From Wolbachia endosymbiont strain TRS of Brugia malayi (GTDB lineage Bacteria > Pseudomonadota > Alphaproteobacteria > Rickettsiales > Anaplasmataceae): DNA of 32,000 nucleotides. A model generated the notes under the pieces. The model saw only the letters and a list, made by a program, of their open reading frames with translations, was not told the DNA's origin and did no database searches. Below are positions 20,575-31,466 of the stretch, piece by piece. The position numbers and the translations under genes are program-made. The DNA is taken from NCBI RefSeq assembly GCF_000008385.1, contig NC_006833.1:660001-692000 (forward strand), written 5' to 3'. The first letter of the stretch is position 1. Each line of letters begins with the position of its first letter.

Positions 20575-21628
20575 GTTCCAGAATTAGCTTTTATAAATTT
20601 TGCCTGTCTTTCTGATCCTTTTGTAGTAAGATACGCTTTAGCATATGTGGATTCTTGTTGCAATGAATCGTTTGCCTTTTTCTGTGCTTTACACTCTTCT
20701 GTGCTGGTGTAGAGCTGGCTTTTACGTTTCCTAACATTAAGAAATTTTAGTGTAAATGTGTTTACTATCTCGTTCTCTTGTTTCTTGTTCTCCAGCAAAA
20801 CTTGCTTCAGCATATTGTTGTGACAAATCAATTGAACCATCCTGTATTTTGTATTCTCCTGTGCTAGAATAATCACTGTCAAGTGAACTATTATCTCTTC
20901 TATAATGAGAGAATTCTTCATAAAAATGTTCACCATCTTGTTCCTTTGCTTCTTGTTTTGCAGTAAGATTCACCGGGATATATACGCGTGACAAATCGAC
21001 CGTCCTTCTCTGTGCTCTAAGCTCCTTTATGCTAGAGTAGCAACTGTTGAGTGAATCATTATCTCAAAACCATCTATTTTCTCATAAATGTGTTTATTAT
21101 ATGCAAATTGTGTTCCAGCCTTCTGGGAAGACATTTCTTCGTAAGTGTGATTCAATTGCAAAGAATGCCTTACACTCCCCCTTATCATTGAGGCATACTT
21201 TCCTTCAATATTCGTACTGCCTGTATTGTAATATTCAGAGCCTCTTACCAACAAAAACTGTACTATAGGATGAGAGATTATTTCCTTTGCAAGTTCTTTG
21301 ATAGGTCCAACTATAAATTTTAGGGCAGCTAGTCTTTCTCACAGCGTGTGTTATAGCATTTTATCATCTTTGTCTAATGAGTTAACATCAGCCCCTGCAT
21401 TGATAAGTAATTCTACTATGTTGTAATTGAGATTTTCTATAGCAACGCAAGTGCATCGTTTAAGTGCTGATTATCCTTTCTATTGTTGGTGGATTCCTTT
21501 TTTTTAGCAGATCTTTTAGCAGATGAGAAGAGTTTATCTAACGCATTGAAGAGGCATTGAGTAAGTTTTATAATTCCTTTATTGTTGTATTTGGTAGCTT
21601 GAATTAATAGGTTGCTTTTGATACCCAT
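20575..21628 (-). pseudogene. Ankyrin-repeat protein remnant with tyrosine-rich repeat tail (frameshifted)
   Basis: The reverse strand reads LIQATKYNNKGIIKLTQCLFNALDKLFSSAKR..., then VAIENLNYNIVELLINAGADVNSLDKDDK..AITHAV (ankyrin repeat), ERLAALKFIVGPIKELAKEIISHPIVQFLLVRGSEYYNTGS..., then repeats HIYEKI / HFYEEF / HIYTKI across several frames. Confidence 0.65.
20741..21095 (-). repeat. Approximately 168-nt (56-aa) degenerate coding repeat in the ankyrin-protein tail
   Basis: Unit HFYEEFSHYRRDNSSLDSDYSSTGEYKIQDGSIDLSQQYAEASFAGEQETRERDSK aligns with HIYEKIDGFE / DNDSLNSCYSSIKELRAQRRTVDLSRVYIPVNLTAKQEAKEQDGE (read across a frameshift). The start of a third unit is HIYTKIS. Confidence 0.6.
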
Positions 21629-21639
21629 TGGTTATACCT

Positions 21640-22475
21640 CACTGCCCATATTCTTAGAAATATATTATCTTATAGTGGTTAACTTTTCCTTAGCTTTTAT
21701 AAGATCGTCTAGTCTGTACTGTGAAGTTTTATAAATTTTAGTCTTGCTTCCACCTTGCATATGGGTATTTTCTTACTCACATCCTTCAAATTTGCAGCCA
21801 TGTTCAATAACTTTAGGTAGAATATTGCAGCATTTTTGAAATCTGATAATTTATCTAGAATAACAGCTAGATTATAGATATAAAAAATATTATTTTGATC
21901 AAGGGAAATTACAGTTACCATGTATTCCTTGGCTCCTTTATAGTTTTCCTTTTTCATATAGATCAAACCTAAGTTTGCTAATAAAGGAGCATAATTTTTT
22001 TGCATATCATACAATTTCAACATTCCACTTAACACCAGATCAGGATTATACTGTGAAATTATTGTTAGAAAGTTTTCTAATATATAAGAGTTACCAGGAT
22101 ATTCTTTTAAAAGTTTTATGTAGACCTCTATAGCTCTTTATATTCTTTGTTAGTATAATAAATATTTCCTAGCCCACAATTAAAGCATTTTTATGATAAG
22201 CAAATCCAACGACTTGACTAGAAGAGAAACAGCTGTCCCACTACCTTCTGACTCAAAGGAGTCCTTTACCCTCTCTAAGATAGAGTGCATACTAAAGCTC
22301 TTACCGGAGCTCTGTAAAATTTTAATATTGAATTTGTCACTCTTTTTTTCAATAACGTCAAAGTCTTTACATTTCTTGTCCGCTTTCATATACTTAGCAA
22401 AGCTATTAAAGGCTTTTTGTATCTACAAATTTTCGTTAGCATAGACAGCAGAAAATTCTAATAAAATCATGGTAC
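21640..22475 (-). pseudogene. TPR-domain protein with signal-peptide-like N-terminus, interrupted
   Basis: The reverse strand reads NAAILGSVLACILICTMILLEFSAVYANENL*IQKAFNSFAKYMKADKKCKDF..., then AIEVYIKLLKEYPGNSYILENFLTIISQYNPDLVLSGMLKLYDMQKNYAPLLANLGLIYMKKENYKGAKEYMVTVISLDQNNIFYIYNLAVILDKLSDFKNAAIFYLKLL (TPR pattern). In-frame TAG and a frameshift. Confidence 0.65.
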
Positions 22476-23291
22476 AAATTAATATACAAGCAAGCACAGA
22501 TCCAAGTATTGCAGCGTTGAGGTTACAATTGGTTCATTCCAGCACGTAACCAGTAAATCTTACTTTCCTGAGCTATACGTAACACAGTATAAATTTATAA
22601 ATACTAGTCTGCCTATCTCATATAATAATAAAGATATTACTAATAATGGGGTCAAACATGAATTCCGCTATGCTGACTGCTATTTTATAGCATATATATA
22701 GTTAATATATTCATTTTATGATATGATATGTTAATGACCATATACTCTGGTAGTTTTTTTTCATCTACCCCAAATTAGTTGGGCAACAAAACCACCCTAA
22801 AAATAATTTTAGGTCTTTATTAATATAAAGTTAGCATTAGCACGTTAGCACGAATGTCTATTATTAAAATCTAAGGAGTTTACTTTATAACAAAATTTAC
22901 ATAAAGGACAAATGTTTAAAAGAACTGCCCGAATTTATAGATTCAGCTGCAGTGGAATCACTTGACTTTGCAAAAGCTATTTTAGCTTGTGCAAAATGCT
23001 CTTCTAATGAAGCAGAAGAGATAGCTTCTGCACCAGATGTCTTCAATGGTCACAATTAACTTATAGAGGAGTAGAAGATAGTGAAGGAGTAATTGATAAT
23101 GATGTGATAGATGTAGCAGGCTGTACAGCAAGCACAGATATAATATAAACTACATAGATCAAAAAACACGCATTTACAACTTAATAAACTAAGAAATAAT
23201 GCATTTTCAACCACAGTGGGGGTTTTTGCACTAGTACAAAAACCCATGCTTTACCCTGTTTACTCTTACCGTACCAGTTGACGACTAACAA

Positions 23292-24788
23292 TTAGGCGTC
23301 TGAATCAGTTAACAAATTAAACACTTGGTAAGCATAATTTGGAGCTTCCTGCGTAATGATTATATCATGAGCATGACTCTCTCTTAACCCTGATGCAGTT
23401 ATAATTACAAACCTGCAGTTTTTCTTCATCTCTTCTATATTCCTATTACCAGTATACCCCATTGCAGCTTGCAACCCACCAATTAATTGATGGATTACTC
23501 CCGAAGCTGGACCTTTAAATGGCACTCTTCCTTCCACTCCTTGTGGAACTAACTTGAGTTTTGAGTCTTTATCTTGAAAATAACGGCTAGCAGAACCTTG
23601 TTTCATCGCACTAATAGACCCCATTCCTCGATAACCTTTATATGCTCTACCCTTATACATGATAATCTCACCTGGACTTTCATCAGTACCAGCAAAAATT
23701 GAACCGATCATCACAGAATCAGCACCAGCTGCAATAGCTTTTGCAATGTCTCCTGAGTATTTTATACCACCATCAGCAATCAATCTTACTTTTCTTGCTT
23801 TACACGTTTCTGCAACACTTTGAATTGCAGAAAATTGTGGCACACCCACACCTGTAACTACTCTGGTTGTGCAAATTGATCCAGGTCCTATTCCAACCTT
23901 CACTGCATCAACACCTGCATCAATCAATGCTTCAGCAGCTTCCTTTGTTGCAATGTTTCCACCAACTAGCTGCGTATTTGGGTACATCGTTTTTATTTCT
24001 TTAATAGTATCAATAACATTTTCGGAATGACCGTGAGCAGTATCCACAATAATCACGTCAATCTCTTCTCCGATCAGAGCTTCACATCTTTCTATACCAT
24101 CCTTTTTACCAGTACCAACCGCAGCGGCAACTCTAAGCCGCCCCTTACTATCTTTACATGAATTAGGGTATCTATTGTATTTTTCAATGTCTTTAACTGT
24201 GATCAAACCTATACAACAGAAGTTTTCATCTATGACCAAAAGCTTCTCTATTCTATTTTCATGCAATAGTTTCATTGCTGAAGCGCTATCTACCTCCTGC
24301 TCCCGTATTGTAACTAACTTCTCTTTTGTCATTACCTCGGAGACTTTTATACTCATGTTCTGATCTTCAATAAACCTTATATCTCTGTTAGTTAAAACTC
24401 CGACTAACTTGCGTTGATCAACCACAGGAATACCAGAATAATCATGCTTTTTCATTAATGAAATTGCTTCTGCAACTGTTTTATCTGGGGAAATCGTGAT
24501 TGGATTGTACACAATCCAATTTTCATATTTTTTCACTCTTCTTACTTCTGAAACTTGCTCATCTACTGATAGGTTTTTATGTATGCAACCTATCCCACCA
24601 TGTTGGGCAATAGTTATCGCAAAATCTGATTCAGTGACAGTATCCATTGCAGAAGATATGAGAGGGATGTTGAGTTCTATACTATTTGTCAAATAAGTTT
24701 TTGTGTCTGCATTACAAGGCAATATATTAGAATAAGCTGGCAAAAGGAGTATATCGTCAAACGAGTAACAAGCTTCCATTTTTTTCAT
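23292..24788 (-). CDS. guaB: Inosine-5'-monophosphate dehydrogenase
   Basis: 498 aa with two CBS domains, [45 protein letters not shown]. Confidence 0.98.
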   Translation of the reverse strand: MKKMEACYSFDDILLLPAYSNILPCNADTKTYLTNSIELNIPLISSAMDTVTESDFAITIAQHGGIGCIHKNLSVDEQVSEVRRVKKYENWIVYNPITISPDKTVAEAISLMKKHDYSGIPVVDQRKLVGVLTNRDIRFIEDQNMSIKVSEVMTKEKLVTIREQEVDSASAMKLLHENRIEKLLVIDENFCCIGLITVKDIEKYNRYPNSCKDSKGRLRVAAAVGTGKKDGIERCEALIGEEIDVIIVDTAHGHSENVIDTIKEIKTMYPNTQLVGGNIATKEAAEALIDAGVDAVKVGIGPGSICTTRVVTGVGVPQFSAIQSVAETCKARKVRLIADGGIKYSGDIAKAIAAGADSVMIGSIFAGTDESPGEIIMYKGRAYKGYRGMGSISAMKQGSASRYFQDKDSKLKLVPQGVEGRVPFKGPASGVIHQLIGGLQAAMGYTGNRNIEEMKKNCRFVIITASGLRESHAHDIIITQEAPNYAYQVFNLLTDSDA

Positions 24789-24929
24789 AGGCTTTATTTA
24801 AAGCTTATACGCCAATTAAGTAAATTGCAATAGGGCATTACAAAAATTAGCTAGGTACATGGTTCCAAGCTGTATGATGGCAAGAGCAGGCTTTGTTGCA
24901 TAGTTACCGGTCGTTCAAATAGCTCACAG

Positions 24930-25232
24930 AAATGCAAAAAATTACTTGACATACTTTGCCAGCTTTCTTATCCCAGTAGTGGATCTATTTTATATAACTT
25001 CCCAATCTGTACAGATTAAAATGACAAGAAGATCTTGTACCTGATACATTACTGTTTAATCTTTTGCACTACGTGTACCGTAATATCTTTAATAAAATTT
25101 CTAGTTCTTACCTATACAAGCTGAAACGTGCTTACAAAGCATTTAAGACATCACCCAACGTCAAATTTTTAAAATAAAGAGTAGTAACTAGCCACTCCTG
25201 GTTTTTTTGCCTTTTTTTTACTTAGTAAGTTT
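24930..25232 (-). repeat. Diverged dispersed repeat, copy B (inverted relative to 6705-6990)
   Basis: See copy A; similarity was found by reading the reverse complement of this interval against 6705-6990. Confidence 0.65.
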
Positions 25233-25593
25233 TTTAAATATTTGTAGCTGGAGAATATTAGTAACTTATCATTTTCTTTTATAATAAAAACTGTCAATGA
25301 ATACCTAAATCTGAGTAAAAGAAATTTCACTATCATTCACTAATCCGGTTAAAATTCAAGTATTTCAATACTTTAGCTATTTTGAATAGGATTAAATTTA
25401 TTAATATAAATAATGAATTACTATTCTTAAATTTGATCAGATTGATTACAAAAAACAAGATTTCCAATAAGTTGTTTATAATCCCAACTATAGTGAACTT
25501 TTTACACGTTGCAATGCAACAAAGTCCTGCAGGCATTGCCTCTTACTTAACAGGAAACAACTTAGAGCTAATACCATTAGGACTGGCTTATTT

Positions 25594-27009
25594 TTAATTA
25601 TTCATAGAGTTAAAAAAGTCAGAGTTGCTCTTTGTCAAAAGTAGTTTGTCACGTAGAAACTCCATTGCTTCAACAGGTCCCATAGGGCTCAGTATCCTAC
25701 GCAACACCCATATTTTATTTAATATAGCTTTGTCAATTAACAGCTCTTCTTTTCTAGTTCCAGATTTTGTAATGTCAATAGCTGGGAATATTCGCTTATC
25801 GGCAAGTTTTCTATCAAGTATAATCTCAGCATTACCTGTACCTTTAAACTCCTCAAAAATAACCTCATCCATTTTTGAGCCGGTCTCTATAAGAGCAGTA
25901 GCAATTATTGTTAAAGAACCACCATTTTCAATATTACGAGCTGCTCCAAAAAAACGTTTTGGTCTTTGTAGTGCATTAGAATCTACACCACCAGTTAGAA
26001 CTTTTCCAGATGAAGGAATAATTGCATTATAAGCACGTGCAAGACGAGTTATAGAGTCGAGCAAGATTACCACATCTTTTTTATGTTCAACCATCCTTTT
26101 AGCTTTTTCTATTACTATTTCAGCAAGCTGTACATGACGGTAAGCAGGTTCATCAAATGTAGAGCTTACTACTTCGCCTTTCACAGAGCGCATCATATCT
26201 GTCACTTCTTCAGGTCTTTCATCTATAAGTAATACTATCAATTCTATTTCAGGATGATTTGTAGCTATAGAATGAGCCATTTGCTGAAGTAGTATAGTTT
26301 TTCCTGTACGTGGTGGAGCAACTATCAATGCTCTTTGTCCTTTTCCAAGAGGTGCGACTATATCCACAGCACGCATATTTATATCTTTTTTATTATCTCC
26401 GCTGCTGTTGTTTTCAAGGATTAAACTTTCCTCAGGATAAAGAGGAAGCAAATTATCAAAATGGACGTACTTTCTTAATTCACTTACTTCAGTAAAGTTT
26501 ATACCTTGAACCTTAGTTAAAGTAAAATATCTTTCCTTATCACTAGGTGGTCTTATTTCTCCGCATACTATATCTCCTGTGCGCAAATTAAACTTTTTTA
26601 TTTGTCCATTGGAAATATAAACATCATCAGTGCTTGGAGCATAATTTGCATTTGCTGAGCGTAAAAACCCAAAACCATCAGGTAATATTTCCACTACTCC
26701 ACTTCCTATAGTAATACCTCCTTCTTCGCTCATTTTCTTCATCAAGTTGAATATCATTTCCTGCTTCAACATTCTGCCATTGCCTTTACCATTAGTTGAA
26801 ATTTTTCTTTCTTCAGCTAGATTTAATAATTCTTCTGCTGTTTTTTCTCTTAGCTCGCTTAGGTTTAATGTTTTTCTGATTTCCTTTATACCTTCGTTCG
26901 TTGTTTGTTTTATCATACCGTTATCGAAAATTTGCTCACTTTTTTCTATTGGCTCAGGTGCAACTACAACCTTTTCCTTTGCTAAAACATCTTTATTGAT
27001 CGTTACCAT
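25594..27009 (-). CDS. rho: Transcription termination factor Rho
   Basis: 471 aa with Rho N-term, [77 protein letters not shown]. Confidence 0.98.
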   Translation of the reverse strand: MVTINKDVLAKEKVVVAPEPIEKSEQIFDNGMIKQTTNEGIKEIRKTLNLSELREKTAEELLNLAEERKISTNGKGNGRMLKQEMIFNLMKKMSEEGGITIGSGVVEILPDGFGFLRSANANYAPSTDDVYISNGQIKKFNLRTGDIVCGEIRPPSDKERYFTLTKVQGINFTEVSELRKYVHFDNLLPLYPEESLILENNSSGDNKKDINMRAVDIVAPLGKGQRALIVAPPRTGKTILLQQMAHSIATNHPEIELIVLLIDERPEEVTDMMRSVKGEVVSSTFDEPAYRHVQLAEIVIEKAKRMVEHKKDVVILLDSITRLARAYNAIIPSSGKVLTGGVDSNALQRPKRFFGAARNIENGGSLTIIATALIETGSKMDEVIFEEFKGTGNAEIILDRKLADKRIFPAIDITKSGTRKEELLIDKAILNKIWVLRRILSPMGPVEAMEFLRDKLLLTKSNSDFFNSMNN

Positions 27010-27215
27010 AGTCCTCCAAAAATTCTAACTGATGCTTACTAACCTAAAACGTGATTACAAGATAATAAATTAGGCTGAGCTAATCTTCAGGAAGTATCAA
27101 ACTTAATTATCATTAAGCTACATACTTTACCTAAATACTATACCAATAAATACTGGCAAGTCAAGTTAATTTAATATTAACACAGCATGAAAATAAGTAA
27201 ATGATTTGAAAAACT

Positions 27216-27809
27216 TTAATAATTTTTCTTTATATTTTTTAACCTTTCTCGTTTCTCTTCTTTCACTCTTGCCTTTTCCACTTCTGCTTCTAGGTTTTCT
27301 TGGCTACATAAGCCGAGTAATATGGGATCTTGAGGTTTTATATTTTGCATATTGTAATGAGATCCATCTCTTACCTGCTCCACCGTATAGCTTGTTGTAC
27401 TGATTAGTTTAGCTATAACACCATTGTCCAAGATAGGGAATTTTTTTATTAAATAATAAATTGCATCAGGTTTATCTCTACGCCTTGCTGCAGAGGCAAA
27501 ACCCAAAATATTACCAACTACCTTACTTCTTTTTTTTATATTTTTTGCAATCAAACTTGGAATATGATTTGGGTTTCTTCTACAGTTATCAATTTCTTTT
27601 TCAGTTATTATTCCAGAAATAACAGGATTAAACTTTTCTACGTCTATTTCTTCATCAGCTATACCTTGCACTTCTTCGAGAGCTAACCTACAACACTGCG
27701 CTATTTGATTAAAAGTTAAAGCAGTATTATCTACTAGCCAAGCAGCAATTTGCATGAAAAACTGTTTATTTCTATCATTATTGCCCTTAGAAAGTTCTGT
27801 TGACATCAA
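27216..27809 (-). CDS. DUF1013 family protein (TrcR-like cell-cycle regulator family)
   Basis: 197 aa with IAAWLVDNTALTFNQIAQCCRLALEEVQGIADEE and ITEKEIDNCRRNP, matching remembered alpha-proteobacterial DUF1013/TrcR pattern. Confidence 0.8.
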   Translation of the reverse strand: MMSTELSKGNNDRNKQFFMQIAAWLVDNTALTFNQIAQCCRLALEEVQGIADEEIDVEKFNPVISGIITEKEIDNCRRNPNHIPSLIAKNIKKRSKVVGNILGFASAARRRDKPDAIYYLIKKFPILDNGVIAKLISTTSYTVEQVRDGSHYNMQNIKPQDPILLGLCSQENLEAEVEKARVKEEKRERLKNIKKNY

Positions 27810-28141
27810 AGAAACATCTCCAAAATAAAATCAATTGTCGTTACATAGAGCTAAAATATAAGCTATTAAAATTAAAAAAGCATTAATTTTATCACTAGAT
27901 GACTTTTTTTGGTTTTAACTTCTTAGGATAATCAAGCAGCCAGATCTATCTTAAGCGACTCAAAAAAATATTTTCTCTCCTTGGGCACGATAACTTAATC
28001 AAACGTATATTTTTACTTAAGGATTGGTTAATTTTAAAACCTAGTGTGTTGTAATACTATATACAGTAGTTAAATAATTAATAGATTTACAAAAACTAAA
28101 TTATCACTATTCTATAATTAACCGCTAATCAACTTTCATTT

Positions 28142-29950
28142 ATGAATGTCAAAAATTTTTTTACTAAAGTAACCGCTGTCATTTTAACTTGTTTGTTAAT
28201 CTTTACGGGAGTTGGTAACTTTCTCTCGGATGAGAATAAAAAGGAAGAAGTAGCTAGAGTTGGAAAGGAAGTTATAACATTAGGTGAGTACAAATTGCTA
28301 TATCAAAGTTATGGAAAGCAGATTTCTGGATCTGATATTAGTGAAGAGCAAGTGAAAAGATTGAAATACGATCTACTTAATGCACTCATAGAGCAAAAAC
28401 TACTGTTTAACTTAATCAGTGATTTGGGGTTAGTAGTTGGGGAAGAATCCATAAAAGACCACATTAGAAATACCAAGTACTTTCAAAACGATAAAGGAAA
28501 GTTTGATAAAGAAAAATTTCATGAGGCGCTAAATAGTCTGCACATGACGGAAGGAGAATATGTAGCAAAGCTAGAGAAAATCCTACCTGCAATTATGTTC
28601 ATAACTTCATTATTTCATGATAATTATCCAGTAACTTTTGGCGAAAAAATCGACGAACAGATATATAAGAACCGCCATCAAACTAGAGTAGTTAATATTG
28701 TTAAAATAACTCAAAATGCAGTTACAAACGTTACTGAACCAGATGATCGAGTTTTACTTGACTTGTATGAAAAAAATAAATCCCATTTTTATTACCCTGA
28801 ATATCGAACTGCACAATATATTTCTTTAGGTCAAAAATACTTTGCAAACCAAATTCAAATTTCAGATAGAGAGGTTGACGATATAATAAAACAACAGGAG
28901 CTTAAAGATCAAAGAGATATATTTAACTTAATATTCTATACTAAAGAAGAGGCTGAAACAGCACGGAAAGAATTTGAGGAAGACAAAGTAAGCTTTGAAC
29001 AGATAGTAGAGAAGTTTGGAAAAACAAAACTTGAGGAAACTAGGATAAATAATATAACTAAGGATTCTTTACCAGAAGACATGAGAGAAAAGGTGTTTGC
29101 TCTCAAAGTTGGTGAAGTAAGTGAAGTCTTAGCAAGCAGTTTTGGTTGGCATATAATAAAAGTGGATAGTGCACATCAAATCTCTAATGAGAACTTAGTT
29201 GATCTAAAGAAGAATATAAAGTTAGTTTTAACTAATCAGAAGTCCTTTGAAAAGGTCAACGATTTTATAAACCAAGTAAACTATAAGATATATAACGGTG
29301 CAACGATTGAAGGAATATCCAGTGAATATAATTTGCCTATGCAAACTATCGGTCCAATAGATGCTAGTGGAAAGGATCAAAGTGGCAATAGCGTGGAAAG
29401 CTCTAGTGATCTGGTTTCTTTTATCTTTTCACGAGAAAAAGACCAGAAAGGTTATTTTAAAGGCGTTGGAGATGCCGTTGTTAGTGTAAAGATCGTCAAC
29501 ATTGTTCCACCTAAATTGCAAAGCTTCGAAGAAGGTAAGGCATTAGCAATAGATCTTTGGCGTAATGGGTTTATAAAAGAGAAAATGTTTAAAATTGGAC
29601 AAGAAGTTGCAGCTCGACTAAAAGAAAAGGCAGATTTAAAAAAAACTCAAGGTATAGAATTGATTAAGGATCAGCAGATACATCGCAATGAAGTAGGTCA
29701 GCAAAGTTACCCCTTTTCTTTTATAGAGGAGATTTTTAATATGAAAACGATCGGTTCAGTAACAGACCCTGTTCAACACAATAATGAAGTTATAGTAGGC
29801 GTTTTAAAAGAAATGTACTCATCAAGCGGCAAATTAAATACGTTCGATACTGGAAAACGTGTAATGATATCGCTAAAAGAGCAGTTAATTAGCTACTTAG
29901 AATCAAAGTATAAAGTTAAGGTTAACCACGCTATACTTGATGATACATAA
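28142..29950 (+). CDS. SurA/PpiD-like peptidyl-prolyl isomerase (periplasmic folding factor)
   Basis: 602 aa with N-terminal TM, SurA-N-like region (ITLGEYKLLYQSYG..LNALIEQKLLFNL) and parvulin-like domain (ALKVGEVSEVLASSFGWHIIKV). Confidence 0.87.
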   Translation: MNVKNFFTKVTAVILTCLLIFTGVGNFLSDENKKEEVARVGKEVITLGEYKLLYQSYGKQISGSDISEEQVKRLKYDLLNALIEQKLLFNLISDLGLVVGEESIKDHIRNTKYFQNDKGKFDKEKFHEALNSLHMTEGEYVAKLEKILPAIMFITSLFHDNYPVTFGEKIDEQIYKNRHQTRVVNIVKITQNAVTNVTEPDDRVLLDLYEKNKSHFYYPEYRTAQYISLGQKYFANQIQISDREVDDIIKQQELKDQRDIFNLIFYTKEEAETARKEFEEDKVSFEQIVEKFGKTKLEETRINNITKDSLPEDMREKVFALKVGEVSEVLASSFGWHIIKVDSAHQISNENLVDLKKNIKLVLTNQKSFEKVNDFINQVNYKIYNGATIEGISSEYNLPMQTIGPIDASGKDQSGNSVESSSDLVSFIFSREKDQKGYFKGVGDAVVSVKIVNIVPPKLQSFEEGKALAIDLWRNGFIKEKMFKIGQEVAARLKEKADLKKTQGIELIKDQQIHRNEVGQQSYPFSFIEEIFNMKTIGSVTDPVQHNNEVIVGVLKEMYSSSGKLNTFDTGKRVMISLKEQLISYLESKYKVKVNHAILDDT

Positions 29951-30086
29951 AAAAAGTCCAATTATTACTATCTGACATAGATAATAAGAGCAGTTATATT
30001 GTCCTTGAATGGCAATGTGGCAATTAGTTTGACTAAAACTGCTTAATTATATAAAATTGTAACTAGTATAATAAATAAAGGTTAAC

Positions 30087-30407
30087 ATGGCAGTTAAAAT
30101 AAGGTTGGCAAGATTTGGTGCAAAGAAACGCCCTTTTTACAGAATAGTTGTAGCTGATTCACGTGCACCAAGAGATGGACGTTTTATTGAGAGAATAGGG
30201 CAGTATGATCCAATGCTATCAAAAGACAACAAAAATTGTGTCGTGGTAAAAGCCGATAGATTAAAATATTGGCTAAATGTAGGTGCGCAAGCAAGTGAAA
30301 GGGTACTATGGTTCATTAAAAAAGGCATAATAACTTTAGAAGCAGAAAAAAAGAAAGTAGAAACAAAGAAAGCAGAGATAAAAAAAGTAAAAGAACAAGA
30401 GGTATAA
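30087..30407 (+). CDS. rpsP: 30S ribosomal protein S16
   Basis: [43 protein letters not shown]. Confidence 0.98.
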   Translation: MAVKIRLARFGAKKRPFYRIVVADSRAPRDGRFIERIGQYDPMLSKDNKNCVVVKADRLKYWLNVGAQASERVLWFIKKGIITLEAEKKKVETKKAEIKKVKEQEV

Positions 30408-30416
30408 GTCTCATTA

Positions 30417-31403
30417 ATGCTGAACACCGGTTTAACAAATAATGATATATTAGACGATATCGTATCCTCTGACTTATCAGCTATGAAGAATTTTATCTTC
30501 AGGGATGTTAACAACGGAGATGTTAAGCTTGCTGCTGATATTATATCTCATCTTGTCAGATCAGGCGGAAAAAAAGTTAGGCCCAAACTTGTCTTTATCA
30601 TATGTAAAATGCTGAACTATTCCGGAGAGGATAGGGTTAAAGTTGCCGCATCAGTAGAATTTATACATAACGCCACTTTACTTCATGATGATGTGCTTGA
30701 TGAAAGTGAAGCACGTCATGGAGTTAAAACAGCAAATAAAATTTGGGGAAATAAGTCAAGCATTTTAGTTGGTGATCTGTTATTGACTCTAGCATTCAGA
30801 TGGCTTATAGAATGTGGAAATTTAAACATTCTCTCCATTTTATCTGGAGCATCGCATTCACTTGTAAATGGCGAAATAAAACAAATGGCAGCACGCTTTA
30901 ACTCTCACACTATTAGGAAAAACTATTTCGACATCATTGGAAAGAAAACAGCATCTTTATTTTCTGCATGCTGTGAAGCTGCATCTGTAATATCCAACGC
31001 TACAAGTAATGAAACAGAGAGGTTGAAAAATTTTGGTCTTAACTTTGGTATGGCATTTCAAATAATTGATGATACGCTTGACTATACTGCTGACCAACGT
31101 ACTTCTGGAAAGCAAGTAGGAAAGGACTTCTTTGAAGGCAAAGTTACTTTACCTGCTATTATAGCGTACGAAAAAGGCAGTCCAGCAGAACAAAAATTCT
31201 GGGAAAAATGTTTTTCTTTGGCTGAGCGCAACTTTGACCAAGCATTACATTATATCAATCATCACAATGCTATTCAGCTTTCTATAGAAAAAGCTAGGCA
31301 CTATGTTAATATGGCACAAAATAATATTAACACTTTTTCTGATTCTTCTTATAAAATTGCTTTAATTGACTTTTTAAATGCAAGCATAGAACGACAAGCT
31401 TAG
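30417..31403 (+). CDS. Trans-isoprenyl (polyprenyl/octaprenyl) diphosphate synthase
   Basis: 328 aa with GGKKVRPKLVF, first Asp motif LLHDDVLDESEARHG and second Asp motif MAFQIIDDTLDY. Confidence 0.93.
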   Translation: MLNTGLTNNDILDDIVSSDLSAMKNFIFRDVNNGDVKLAADIISHLVRSGGKKVRPKLVFIICKMLNYSGEDRVKVAASVEFIHNATLLHDDVLDESEARHGVKTANKIWGNKSSILVGDLLLTLAFRWLIECGNLNILSILSGASHSLVNGEIKQMAARFNSHTIRKNYFDIIGKKTASLFSACCEAASVISNATSNETERLKNFGLNFGMAFQIIDDTLDYTADQRTSGKQVGKDFFEGKVTLPAIIAYEKGSPAEQKFWEKCFSLAERNFDQALHYINHHNAIQLSIEKARHYVNMAQNNINTFSDSSYKIALIDFLNASIERQA

Positions 31404-31466
31404 CTAGTTCTTGATATTTTCAGATTAATTGTTATATATTTATTAGATTTTTAAGGATAATGATAT

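Noticed and set aside
20291-20587. 98 aa plus-strand hydrophobic ORF as a membrane protein gene
   Set aside because: Partly overlaps the tail of the ankyrin relic on the other strand and has no recognisable family; most likely chance in AT-rich DNA or a transporter remnant.
24175-27028. Plus-strand ORFs opposite guaB and rho (62-135 aa)
   Set aside because: Overlap conserved CDSs on the other strand; no recognisable product.
30137-30514. Minus-strand 125 aa ORF opposite rpsP
   Set aside because: Antisense of ribosomal protein S16.
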